Shown in pieces: positions 36,801-47,212 of a DNA stretch of 64,000 nucleotides (positions are counted from its first letter, which is position 1; each line of letters opens with the position of its first letter). A model generated the notes under the pieces. The model was not told the DNA's origin and did not search any database. It saw only the letters and a program-made list of their open reading frames with translations. The translations under genes were made by a program, and so were the position numbers. The stretch is from contig LSRY02000012.1 of the NCBI GenBank assembly GCA_001643675.2, forward strand, positions 1,550,001 to 1,614,000, read 5' to 3'. This DNA comes from Monocercomonoides exilis PA203 (taxonomy: Eukaryota > Protista > Preaxostyla).

Positions 36801-39800
36801 CAAAACACTATTTGTCTCAGACAAAATATCTTCAACGATCATGGAAGAGAATGTGCCTGCAGCATTGCTTCCATCAAGACTGATCAATGGATGATCTCCA
36901 ATAACCAAAGACAAGACATTCAACGATGAAACAGAAACCTCTCCTGCTGTTGCTGACAAAAACACAAAAGATAACGCTGATTGAGCGTCTTGAAAAGTCA
37001 GCGAGCAGCTCTCAAGCGAAAATGAATATGATGCGGAACTGAAGAATGCTTCATGACTTTGGAGAACAGAAGGAACAGAAAAAACAAGTGAGCTCATATT
37101 CGCATTTGCACTGACTGCTATCATATTTTCTCTTTCTCCATTCGGATCGTCACTCACCTTCCATCCACTGTTTCCATCTTTCCCTCTGATCATGTGTTTG
37201 AAGGAGTCGAATATCAGCTCATCTTGCATTTCGATCATCCCATCAATAACAATCTTCCTTTCTTCCTCTTGCCTTGTCAGTGAATGTTTCAGAGTCAGAC
37301 ATGGAAACTCAGCAAATCCACAGTGAGAATGATCAAATGCATCAGCACTGTTCACAGAAATCTCATCTGGCAAAGGAATCAGATAAACACAAAGCGGAAT
37401 TGGAGCTGATTCATCTCCATTATCATATCCTTGTATCTTGCTCTTTGTTTCAAACGAGGCAGTCAATGAAGTGATCTTCCCACTTTTTGCTGTTGTTTCC
37501 AGATCGAACGAGTCAACAAAAATGTCACTTCCCCATTTGGCTCTGTTTCTTTCAAATGCTGATGAAATCAGAAAATCTGCATTTGCGTCTTTCACTTTCA
37601 GTCCAGTCCCTCCTCCTCTGCCTTGTGTGGTTGAGGCATAACAATTTTTCACAATTCCTCCTTTCACGTTCAATGAACTTCCACTCCCCACTTCAACCAT
37701 CATGCCTCCTCCAAAATCAGAGAATTCACTTCCACAGCCATCAATCGTGCATCCTTCAAGAGTTATCGAATGCGACCCTTCACCCACATTCATCAGCGAT
37801 GAATCTGCTGTTGTTCTCACAATGTTTGTGAATGTGCAGTTATCCAGAGACAATGAAACAGATGATTCTTGATAAAGAGATATCAAACTTGTGGCGCTGA
37901 TTGTTTGTCCCCATCTCACATCTTTCATCTTCAACTCTCCCCCCTCAAGTTTCACAAGTGAGTTCTGAATGCTCCTCTCTTCTGAATGAGCTGCATCCAT
38001 CGATATGTCCAATCTATTCGCATCTATCAACCCACTTTCCTTCACCTCAAACAGTCTGCTTTGTCGGTTGTTTTCATATGATGTGTTGTGTACCACAGAC
38101 AGATCACTCACAGCCAATTTCCCTGTTCCAACACAAAACAAACACAACCCAATTGCATCAAATTTTGTTTCAATGGCTGAGTCAGAGGGAGAATCTCCAT
38201 TCACAGAGATTGTTTTCTCCGCAATATTTACTCCTTTTCCTTCCAAAACTGTTCCAGAAAGTACCTTGATTTCCTTCACAAATCCAACAATCATTTGGGT
38301 CAAGCAATGGCTGATTGTGATGCATGCACAACTTTCATTCAATCCACAGCTGAATGTGTCTTTCGCATTTTCCTGAACTTGAGTTGAAGCCACAAATCTG
38401 CTTCTTCCTCCCACATTTGGAAGCCAATAGCTTTTATCTTTTCCATCTGCTAAATATCTCACACCTTCAGTTCTTGTAGAATAACACCAAACAAGTTGGG
38501 AATCTGTTGAATTACCATCGATAGCAATATCATTACCATGTGCAGCTGTGTTGTTGTGAAAAAAACAAAACAAAAGAATAGCTCCATTGAAACTATTTAT
38601 TAGAATACTAGCGGCCCCGCCGCCACCATCTGAATGGCAATTTTGAAAAAAACAGTTATGAGCAACAGCTTTTGCAATTGTGTTCCAATGAATGAATCCT
38701 CCTCCACCCGAACTGCTTGGACTATGTGCACCGCAGTTTTGGAAATAACAATCCAAAATGCACTCTTTTGTTTTTGTTGTTTTTGAACTCCAAATTCCCA
38801 ATCCTCCACCATCATTACCTGTCCATCCATCCTTGAAAAGACAGTTTTCGACAAACATCTGAACTGATATTTGAGATAGTTCTATCCCGGCTCCTCCACA
38901 ATCATTTGATGCAACACAATAACACTCAACAAATGTTGAATGCTTCACAGTGCATTCTGCAATGCTCAAAGCAAAAATACCTCCACCTCTTGTTAAAGTT
39001 GCATTGCATTTCACAAATGATGAATTCTCCACTGTCAGTGTTGCATTCTCGTTGTCATGCACATACAGTGCTCCGCCACACTCGGATGAACAGCCAATCC
39101 ATTCAGCATTCATGAAGTTCTGTGTTTCAGTTGTTGTCAGTCTGCCTGTATTTTTAACTTTCCGATCCACCCTTTCGTTGTGATGGAAGGTGCAATTGTT
39201 GCAGGAAAAAGAAACAGATCCTTCTGTTCCACTCACAATTCCTCCCTCCAACACATTCATCGAGTTCTCAACATCACAATCCTCCATTCTGCTCATTTTC
39301 ATCACTGATATGTGATCAACTGGTATTTTTTCCGTTTCCATGAATTTCATTGTGATATTCACAAACATGCAGTTTTTCATCCCTTCATAATTTCCTGAAC
39401 CATCTCTCAAAAAGCTGCCTCCACTTCCACCAAACACAACGTTCTTCCACTCACTGCTTCTCACAACCAACGATGAATCTTCAGCTCCCATCTTCACAAG
39501 ACTTGCCATCGATTCACACTTGTCATCACTTCCGATATTCAAGGTCGTATTTATCATCTCACACGCTCCTCGATTATCAATATATGGTGCATTAAAACTG
39601 CATTTTCTCATCAACAAACAGTTATCAAGGCACAGGAATGATTTTGCACAAATGCCAAAAACAACAGAATCGTCTGGCTTTTCAAGCAACAACCCCTTCA
39701 ATTCGGCTGATGAGTTGTGTATTTCACAGAACATATGAACAACACTTCCTTTTGCTGAAATACCACTCTTCTCCATCCCACAAACACGGAAATCATCATA

Positions 39801-39878
39801 TTCATAACTTAACCTGTAATTGCAATCTTGTATACAGATAATTGAGAACAAACATGAAAGAAAAACGAAGAGAATCAT
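30885..39878 (-). CDS. Giant type I receptor-like protein: repeated Cys/GG ectodomain, TM helix, cytoplasmic coiled coil and degenerate TKL/tyrosine-kinase-like C-lobe
   Basis: Signal-like MILFVFLSCLFSIIC at ATG 39878 (ORF track starts at 39950). Five CG..xxC modules (CGLNESCAC, CGFAEFPC, CGHEAFPC, CGLLEYPC, CGEMKGVC). TM FWVIIVVACAVFIVLLAVIVVLVV. Kinase-like LRWKAPELL, SFSIGMMLWECLTLKIPF, GERP and RPT. Confidence 0.87.
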   Translation of the reverse strand: MILFVFLSCLFSIICIQDCNYRLSYEYDDFRVCGMEKSGISAKGSVVHMFCEIHNSSAELKGLLLEKPDDSVVFGICAKSFLCLDNCLLMRKCSFNAPYIDNRGACEMINTTLNIGSDDKCESMASLVKMGAEDSSLVVRSSEWKNVVFGGSGGSFLRDGSGNYEGMKNCMFVNITMKFMETEKIPVDHISVMKMSRMEDCDVENSMNVLEGGIVSGTEGSVSFSCNNCTFHHNERVDRKVKNTGRLTTTETQNFMNAEWIGCSSECGGALYVHDNENATLTVENSSFVKCNATLTRGGGIFALSIAECTVKHSTFVECYCVASNDCGGAGIELSQISVQMFVENCLFKDGWTGNDGGGLGIWSSKTTKTKECILDCYFQNCGAHSPSSSGGGGFIHWNTIAKAVAHNCFFQNCHSDGGGGAASILINSFNGAILLFCFFHNNTAAHGNDIAIDGNSTDSQLVWCYSTRTEGVRYLADGKDKSYWLPNVGGRSRFVASTQVQENAKDTFSCGLNESCACITISHCLTQMIVGFVKEIKVLSGTVLEGKGVNIAEKTISVNGDSPSDSAIETKFDAIGLCLFCVGTGKLAVSDLSVVHNTSYENNRQSRLFEVKESGLIDANRLDISMDAAHSEERSIQNSLVKLEGGELKMKDVRWGQTISATSLISLYQESSVSLSLDNCTFTNIVRTTADSSLMNVGEGSHSITLEGCTIDGCGSEFSDFGGGMMVEVGSGSSLNVKGGIVKNCYASTTQGRGGGTGLKVKDANADFLISSAFERNRAKWGSDIFVDSFDLETTAKSGKITSLTASFETKSKIQGYDNGDESAPIPLCVYLIPLPDEISVNSADAFDHSHCGFAEFPCLTLKHSLTRQEEERKIVIDGMIEMQDELIFDSFKHMIRGKDGNSGWKVSDDPNGERENMIAVSANANMSSLVFSVPSVLQSHEAFFSSASYSFSLESCSLTFQDAQSALSFVFLSATAGEVSVSSLNVLSLVIGDHPLISLDGSNAAGTFSSMIVEDILSETNSVLFGVANGASFSIRDSTLSVKSSTESIRVISTNSAKMLKLTNSSMSGFRWNGENGGAVECTLGRDCSLEIVGGMMSGCESNGGNGGGLWVEMEEGSSYTVGNMTDADQTQEAYSNDGSGLLQFTNCKAIQNTDGERGYGGGIYLHLDDGASSFVLKDVLFSWCDAREGKEVFVNAKELMNVIDRRSIGFDVDLNNFSKLNGFERSALNEAFAIPLVLYLWNNFSVSAFVGGGSSSHDFSMCGHEAFPCSTIAKAASVHFEDRKKDISIIDSFSFEEELSLSANGWNIKAKENKMKCVVCDLIDGAQNALIESTITVSVTGIVFSMIKSLSFHESVFECRSGKLTLNKCGMEGGAEAISTVFVKAVGGVVGVSEFGSENMKIGDSSFFIVEGSNECVPSLNMTNSHFGDITFGDGCVVECHNGNIDEMSGCTFSSISRSKGSGGCISITNEDDERDYKVEIFDCAFEGCAVEGEGNEIGGGALFCESSSETNLVVSGCTFFGCTAPYEGEAIGYGGGIMLKILKEEEEEGKAAFVISSPIISSDRPNNAKYGKDLFVSSLSLASSVNNETLPFVKDRLEMLTEDSMRGYDGGNKECAIPLIYFWKSIGSSVYIAEEGNNVIVCGLLEYPCSSVDYGMNRISRSTAETMMIRGVCEMRSEIRMCEMKVEGTNRESDKIQFVKEIEGNGNVIVECKGVVQFKEVGMAIPTAFDNVANILIQTGSDSVKTSVVSCSIHRSHNAEGEVSFVLISASKGIVEIEETKIAGFSTMHEIMSISADCLTAMNDVTFIDISLSGKSAIAMSETAISGSENVDEEEEWSILFEQCSFVNVKNSVTNNPSLLCCDVPNEMRLKMENSTIDGCGSTSSNEGGGMFFLLNERGRLEMNHTNVTECFCSNTGRGGGLFLKSQSASQEALPFVLSNITFKGNVASKGRDVFVKCTDLDSKISESQFLINFVEPFVKELAIWGCTADNYGDEEDLLGRVFVFRSEFIFVSSIVGNNSDSKNCGEMKGVCSSLNVGMGHIIPSDYSQLFVWNESALTGLCSAQRVTIKSMEVSRNAEIKVRGFDLEGEGVVRTSEFVRFENVSFIFGGMGNVDCLCLMRQLNGSLVLESVSFLSESRTTENSQTLFNFSLIVVEDGVFEAEKCSVGRLKFSKPVFLLLSSERATFEDLGVDSVECKSSVIECGKSEEVSISKLIATNITLQDRSLISVEIGHSSLVLSLALSSFSNISRSNCGSCIVCTTQHMKGFEMRNCSCCGCTSELPKGSQIAIALAEKILMESCVFEGNLVSGSEGNDIADEICKWNGSVVDFTNCSVELRDTTICNSSKGGMSVSGGYVMIEAGNFSNNSPSIENYPSVRRNIICSDSASLTISSLKGGDGLEKNTSLWFLNEGCLFEGIASERASSFFIPSLERVETKEAGAEVKLVFKGKLLLPCNLLFMVVKQIGDEKQIEKYEFDGNGYVSETEAEGSVPSKTIAEAGDEAEVRVCVLFGKSNEQSSTDSFILKNRTESEKNGDGNVVQGGKGSNSFWVIIVVACAVFIVLLAVIVVLVVRWRKVKNEAEDLREIVNDNIRKDPKAFEMVTMEMSPEDQWRRAEKEAEKKNEERIKKRVYEKSLGHSESSEHLLSESGSTEYILGRDSDKIPDWALEKEEEEEIRKRTSSPSISSTSTTSTTDSDSTFVRGEDLCPTTSSMSNLVDAMACSSPHEKLIVDLRDSLFMLLHGRNEKKEMAIGTLKEREQTAAQILFWVANGALHSFDEMENSLQSLANLSPHIVLFSEHMVICIVMHSDFSSDDSDSSSISSSTVVTSASGDDDDDDEDSLPSSAFEEENDFKKECLRWKAPELLINKKMGATKESVSFSIGMMLWECLTLKIPFWEFEAEVAGKKIVNGERPKVECIRELPIGVISERCMLEESGSRPTLVELKREFIQRFPSGAAMVTISDAIDITGETEDENEESGTMTEESSFVSRVR

Positions 39879-41878
39879 TGTTTCAATGATGATAATGGGT
39901 AATATGAACCCAAATTTATGATAATATCCCATTACCTTGTGGAGCATCAAAAAATATTATTTCCTTCATCATTTCCATTTTCTAACTCCAATTCTCTATT
40001 TTTATTTCCATTTTTCCGAAACATTCAAATTTAACATTAATTCCAAGAAACTGCAATCTTTAATTATTATTTTTTTCTTTTTTCTTTCATTTTTCAAATC
40101 TCATCTTTCTGCGGATATTTTGCTTTAATGAACTGCCTCATCCACTCAGCTTCTTTAACATCTTCGAACATCTTCACAAAAATGTTGGATTTCATAATGA
40201 ATCTTTTTGTTTTCTCCACTTGATTTTAAATATTCCTGAAAATACAAATGGAGATAAAAAAATATCAAAAAATGATGAAAATGAAAATTTCCACACCAAG
40301 AAATAATTCCGAATGCTCCAAAGCCGCACATTATTGCTTTTGCTTCATTGAATAACATTGCTTCAACTCTTCGTCGTGTCTCCAAAACTGCATTTTTCTG
40401 CAATTCTTTTCAGTGGAATTCATTTTTTTACTGTTTTTTCAAAAGAGAAACTGATTTTTGTTGTCGGAACCTCTATTCTTTCTCTGTTCTTATTTATTTT
40501 ATTTGTAACTTGAGATGATCCAAATTTTGCTCTCTTCTATTTCTTATCTATCTTTTTCAAGTCTTCTTCTTCTTTGAAGCATTCAATATTTTCTTTCAAT
40601 TTTTGAATTTTTCTTTGTTTCTCTAATTTTCAATTAATTTTTGAATCAATTTCCTTTCAGGACATTCTTAAACAGTAATCCAATGAAATTCTGCCTTTTT
40701 CAGAAATTTTCCTGTCACTTCAAAAATGCTTCAATATAACTGTTTTGATATTTGTTGAGTTTTGATAATCCCTTTCATATTGATTTGGTTGAGTTTGGAA
40801 ATTGCTCAATCATAATGTCTTCTCTTTATAGAAAACTTCTTTTTTTCATATTCCTCCTTCTCCTATTGAATTGTTATATAAAGCACAGCTTTGTGCTATC
40901 AATAAATGATTTGTGAGTCTCTCTTTGATCGATAATCAAAAAAATTCATTTTTTGAAAGTCGAAAAAAATATCCCAAAGCACATATCAAAAATTATTATG
41001 ACAAACGAAAAACTCAAACATTGAACTCTTTTGGAATTTCTCTTGTTGAGCTGAGGAGTCGGCTTCCCCTAATTCTGTATCTGGAACCTTTTTCATTTCA
41101 GCGATATTTTCGGTCTGAATCTCGACTATCGGAGGAAAGTGAAGTTTTCCAAAAATAAAAGCCGTAAAATATAAATGCCATTGCAAAAATATGACTGTTT
41201 TGCAAACATTACATGGAATAGCCTTGAATGAATCATTTTTCAAAAATATGTCGCTCAATCTTTGACGTGTCTGCATTTTGCAATAAAAGCGAAGTTTCAG
41301 TAAATATGCTAAATTATCGAATAGGATAAAAAATGTGCAACAATGGTTATGCTTCATCTTCCTTGAAAATGAGTAGTTTTCTTTTGGCGTTAATAACTGG
41401 AACTAAACTGCATTTTTAATTTTATTCACGTGAGAATGCGTGATGCACTATTTTTTTTTTCTTTTGCTCTATAAAGCGATAAGCCTTTCTAACTCATAAA
41501 ACAATAAAAAAATGAAAAAGATAAACTTGAAGAAATAACCGTTTTGTTATGGGATGCGTCTTGTGAATAATAAAAAAAAAAAACCCATTGAACTTTTCAA
41601 TCACTGAAATAAAACAAACATTTCGAAAAAAAACCCAGTCTCTATTTAGTCAAAGTTTTGACTAAATATCTTTGAAAATGATTCTCAATAAGAATAATCT
41701 AAGATACATGTTTATTTTTTTATTGTTTTCAAAAAAAAAAAATATAAAATTCAACGGTGAGGCAATTAACTATAAGAACAGAAAATCACCATCAAAGTAA
41801 AATAACAAAAAATCCTTAAATGATCAAATTACAATTAGCAAAGACAAAAACAAAGTTGTATCAAAAAGTTTATTAACT

Positions 41879-44800
41879 TTAATAAAAAAGAAGTGGATGA
41901 TCGCTCCAAGCAAATCCAACACAGGACAGTGGAATAGAAGACGGCATCCGTACCTCAAGAATATAACTTCCAACTTTTGGCAAAGTTCCAGCCGCACAAG
42001 GAAAAGAGAATGCACAAGGAACCAGACTCAGATGCGTAGACTGAGCAGATGAAGGAGCAGTAGGATCTTGTTTTTGAGGAGAGGAGCAGAAACTGCTCTG
42101 CCACAAGTCTCGCACACTCTCAGGAATTCTGAACAGAGACGACTTCACCGATTCTTTGCGAGCCTCAAACAGCATGCTGCTTGGAGGCAGGCGATTTGTG
42201 TGAGAAGACAGCTCGTCCAGGATAAAAGAGAACGATGCTGAATTGTTTGTGGAGGAGCCATAAATCCAATCTTCTCCTTCTGACACAACATTTGACTTGT
42301 CCAGAGAATGTACAGAGAAGTGCGTGATGAAGGTGGATGTCACTGGCGAGAAGAACAGAAGCGCCATCGACACAGCTGTTTCGTCGCAGAGTGACTGCAC
42401 AATGAAATATCTGCGCTCAGTCGGAAGGATCGGATTCAGTGTTGATGAAAGACTGGCTGAAGGTGAATGAGAAGTGCTTGACGATGCTTGCTGGCTGAGT
42501 GAAGGTTGCACATTTGAAGAAGAATCTGCCACTTCTGTCTTTTCAACTTGTTCGTTGTTTGCTTGCTGAACTTCGCAGAAAGAGAAGCAAAGCTCAAACG
42601 GAAACGTTTTCCACGGAGAATCGTGCTCTTCAAGAGTAGCAGTGTATCCCTTCGGAGGAACGACATTCAACTGAAAGCTGCTGCCACTCAAATCATCAGA
42701 ATTTCTCGTTGAAAAAGTCGAAGAGATCGAGAAGTCAGACAAGCAATTTGAAGAAGAAGATGATGTTGTGTCTTCTTTTGCCATCTTTTCAGCAAGAGTT
42801 GTGCTGACAAGCGATGTGTTGACCTGAGATGGGATGATGATTGTCACGTCTTCCACGTCTTCGCCAATGACAATGCTCGAATTCCTCAAATGCTTTCTGT
42901 ATTTGTTTGCCAGCGAGCACTGACGCGACAGACGGTAGAGTTTTGCTCTTGAATCACTCTGTTCTTTATCGGATGATTGAGAACGAAGTGTCGATGATTC
43001 TGATGAAGTGGATAATGGCTGACAAGTATCAGAAGAAGCAGTTGAAGAAGCAGTCGAAGAAGAAGCAGACACATTTGGATTTGGAAGGGTTGAAAATTTC
43101 ATTCTTCTTGGCTTGTTTCTGATGGCCTGTTCAATAAGGAATTTTGTGTCAGATAAAGTTTCAACCCAGACAAAGAGTGAAGACGAGTAATCTGGGCACT
43201 CTCCACTGGCTGCTGTGTTGCTGCTCATTGAAGTGTTAATATTTGAATGTGAATTGGCTTTTGTGAGGTGAACAAGAAACTGAGGTGCAAAGAAAGTTTG
43301 AGTGCCATACAGGAACGGAAGAAGGGAAGCGCTTGCGAAGTGGAGTGAAGGTGTGCGAATGGTGTGTGAGTAGTGAGATGCGAGTGAAAGAGGAAGTGAT
43401 GGTGGAATGTATGATGCTGGAGAGAGGAAAGATTCAATGGGCAACGAGCATTTAACTGAGGATTGCATACTTATAGAGGATTGAGAGGCTGATGATGATA
43501 ATAAAGATGAAGAATTGTTTGAAGATGCCTTTGCTTTCATAGAAGCAAAAAAGAGTGTGTTTGGTAGGGAATTGCGAAATGGTGTAACTGCATCAGCGCC
43601 TGATGCCACTTTGCCTTCTTTCCATATTACAAGTTCCTTTCTTAACATTTCACTTTCAGATGTATCATTTTCGTCCTCATTTAAAACTCTTCCCTCTTCT
43701 TCACCATCACTTGATTCATTCTTCTTTTCTGTCATTTCTTTACTCAATCTCTCTTTCTCTCTTTCTTCCTCTTCTTCTTCCTCTTCCTCCTTTTCTCTTT
43801 CGCCAATCTCTCTCATGGCTGAATCACAAAGTATTGGACTTCTATTAACCCATGCACTGTTAATGCTGAGTGTGCTTTCTGAATGACTTGGAATTGCTGA
43901 GATTTCAAGTGGCTCCAATGAATAAGCAGAAAGAGTGAAGCGCACATCTGGTGGAATATATTCAGATGACAATGAAGACAATGAAGATGAGGAATCTGAA
44001 TAAGAAATAGAAGAAGGAGGAGCAGAAGGGGAAAAAGATGGAGAAGAAGAGCCAACCGACTGAAGAGAAGAAAGAGAAGATGAGAGCGGGCTGCCTCTCA
44101 AAGAAGGATAAGACGAAGATGAGGACATGGGAGAAAGAGGAGAGTTGGAGTTTGACTGATTTCCAATTGTGCTTCCTGGAGAAAACATCGGCGAACGTGC
44201 AGTTGCCATCGAAGGTGAAACATAGACAGAAATGCCAATTGTGTAGTAGCCGTCGAAGGAAGATGTGAGCTTTTCCAAAACGTGGCTGTCGCGATAATGC
44301 TTGATTTGCGATTCTGTTGATGGGAAGTAGCAGAGACGCTGAATGTGAGGAGGCTCAATTTCATCATCGTCATCATCTGCTTCTTCAACTTCTTTCTCAT
44401 TGATGCTTGAGGCAGCGCTGTTATCACAATTTACAGAAGAGTTTGTGTCCGTTCCCGCGTTCGAGCTTTCATTTGCCTTGTCATTTTCATTGACCTGTTT
44501 CTTGTTTTGAGCTTTTGTGTGAACAGGTTTGTGTGGAACAATTCTCAGACACATTGGCACACCTTCATCAACATCAACATCCCCTTCGCTCGAACTGCTT
44601 GAAGAAGGAGATGAATTTGGGAAAGAAAGCGCTGAGCTTTCTACGGAGGAAGTGCCACTTTCATCATCTGCCTTCGAATGGTCAGCAAAGTGGCGTGTGA
44701 GCAGCAGCCAGATGATCTGGTGCTTCCTTTTTCTGATCAGAAACTGAGGAGCATGTGCCATGTTCAGATCATGTACTCTTGTCAATAAACACCCTCTCCA

Positions 44801-46923
44801 CACACAATGCAGCTGCGTGCGATGTGGAAACAGCTCCGGATTCCAGCTGAAGTTGGAGAAGTCAAAATACACAAGAACAGATGCAAAGTCAATCCAGAAG
44901 ATGCCATCGTCTGTGCGGAGTGCTGCTTCTCTACTGTAACCAATTGCCTCCTCCATCTCTTTTGTCCAATGTTCGCAGTCAGTTGCTGAAAATGCTCCTT
45001 TCCACCTGTTTCTGCCCCACGGATTCTTCAGTTGCAGCAGACGCCAGCCTTTCACTTCCTTCGCAGCCAAAACAGCGTATGCGTGGAAGGAAAGCAACCC
45101 CACCCGCTCCTCTTCAGTTGGAGTCAGATATCCTGTTGACATCGTCAGGACACACATGTTTGTTGTCAGTCCATCCACAATACGCTCCCACTTTGCATTC
45201 GCAAGCTCTGCATCTGGCGACTTAGGACTTGCAAATGATTGCTGTGTATCACTTTTAATGATGTCGCTGCTTTTTTCTATTTTTTCTTCTTCGTTTCGGT
45301 CTTTTCTTTCCTCTTTCTCTTTCACTCTTTCTTTGCTGTGCAGATCCCACTTTTCTGGAATCCACCCCGAAAGCATGTTGATATCAACTCCGCTGTGACT
45401 ACCAGGAAACTCGTATCCTCTTCCCATCACAGTAAGATACGCCTTTTCCAGCAGAGACACCCACAGTTCATCGCGTCTTTGGCTGAATGAACACAAAGGC
45501 TGCCTCAAATGAGACGAGGAAAAAGTGTTTAAAGTGGTTGATGGGGAAGATGATGATGAAGAAGCAGAAGATGCTGATGAAGTGTAAAGAAAAGTAGCTG
45601 AATCCAATTTTGCGACAGGAAACGTATCGTCCACAACAACACGTCTCCATGAACCATTGAAATACAGCTTTATGTGATAAATGCCTGTCGGGCTGACCAA
45701 AGGCACACCACTCGAGTTTTGCGGGTAGATGAGATTAGTGAGGATTCGCTTGCCTGTTCTCCGCTCTTCCAGCGCCAGCACACTCAAAGACGAGAGAAAA
45801 GAGCAGTCTCCCACAATCGTCTGTGTGATATCTCCACATGACATGTTGCCAAACACTTTCAACTGACCAGATGCCACAGATGGACAAAATATGGAATGCG
45901 CCCGAAGAAACTCAGGATTTGCTGCTTTCTGCTTGGAGCTTAGAGACAGAAGAGGCAACGATACTCGACTCGTTGGCACTGCACAATCAGAACTCATCCA
46001 GGGCACAAAAAGCATCCCATGAAGAGTACTCGAAGCTTGAATAATATCACGCTCCTCGCTACTGAAACGAGAGTCGAGAGTATGAGGAACTGAAAGCATT
46101 TAAATAAATATTTTTCAAATAAAAATATAATGGTGTTTTTTTTTAAAGAATGTTAGTGAATCATGAATTGCAACAAACGATTTAGCGTCTGATTTCTCAA
46201 ATAAGTCAACATTTTATTTGAATTTTCAATCCTTAAAACAATAAGATCTTGATATTCCTTCGATAATTTGTCTAAAGTATCACATAATCAAGAAAAAAAA
46301 CGATAATTTAGTACTGTAATGCACAGAAGCATACATGTGTTGCATTCTTCAAATTGTTCAAGTGCAAACATGACAAACATTTCAGCAGATCTGAAATCTA
46401 TGAGAATGCAAAGAAAAAAAGATACATATTAATGTCAAGATGATTATTATAAAATAAAATGTGAAACCTTTTTCTAGTGCAGAATTAAGTGCGTATTCAT
46501 AACACAAGTTTGCCAAAGCAATCTTTGCTTCCGCGGAGGGTTTCAAGTAAGAAACAAACTCTCTTTCTTTGAGAGAAAGTTTGTCAAGGTAAAATAAAGA
46601 GGATGACGATGAAAATCCAATTTGAAACGGGTCTCTCCGAGTTGTAGTATTCACCGCATATCTATCTATAATTCGTTGGAATATTTCCAAAAATGTTTTT
46701 AGACGGGAAATCCACGTATCCATAACCTTTTTGTGATCAGGTTTTTTCATTTCTATGTTGTTAGCTCAGTGATAATGTTGAGAAAATTGAAAAACAAGTC
46801 AATACCTTTTTCAACAAATTCAAAAGCAGATACGGCTTGCCTATAATAAGTCTGAGCCAAAGCTATATTTTTATCTTGATGTGCCCTTTCGCCATTTCTC
46901 AAAAGCGTTAGAGCCTTGAGCAT
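41879..46923 (-). CDS. CAPN7: Calpain-7/PalB-like cysteine protease with N-terminal MIT-like domains; predicted exons 46923-46806, 46752-46468, 46397-46335, 46271-46179, 46089-41879 (possible extra 5' exon 47066-47049 spliced to 46947)
   Basis: Catalytic triad QTIVGDCSFLSSL (Cys), HAYAVL (His), LKNPWG (Asn); also WVSLLEKAY, DDGIFWIDF, and two APQF C2-like segments, no EF-hands. Four GT-AG introns join the upstream exons in frame, and these read as MIT-like helices (ALAQTYYRQAVSAF; ALNSALEKDFRSAEMF). Confidence 0.88.
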
Positions 46924-47212
46924 TGTTGAATCAAAAATTATTTGATCCTAAATTCCATAACACCTTATGTTTCATATTTGTTTACAAAAATGTGTTTAAC
47001 TCAAAAGCAATCATCAAAAGAATTTGTATTAATTTTTCATTCAAACACTTGATTCATATGCGTCATTCAATTATCAGTAAAAATAACAGTAATACAAAAA
47101 ATATCTCGATCTACTTAAATATCACATTCTTTAGTGAAATAGTTCTTGTTAAAATATTTATTTTAAAAAACACAAATAAAAATGTTGATAAAAAATTGAT
47201 AAATTTTTATAA

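Noticed and set aside
40130-41360. Coding-like fragments between the receptor and calpain genes
   Set aside because: Frequent stops and no recognisable motif; cannot support a gene or pseudogene call.
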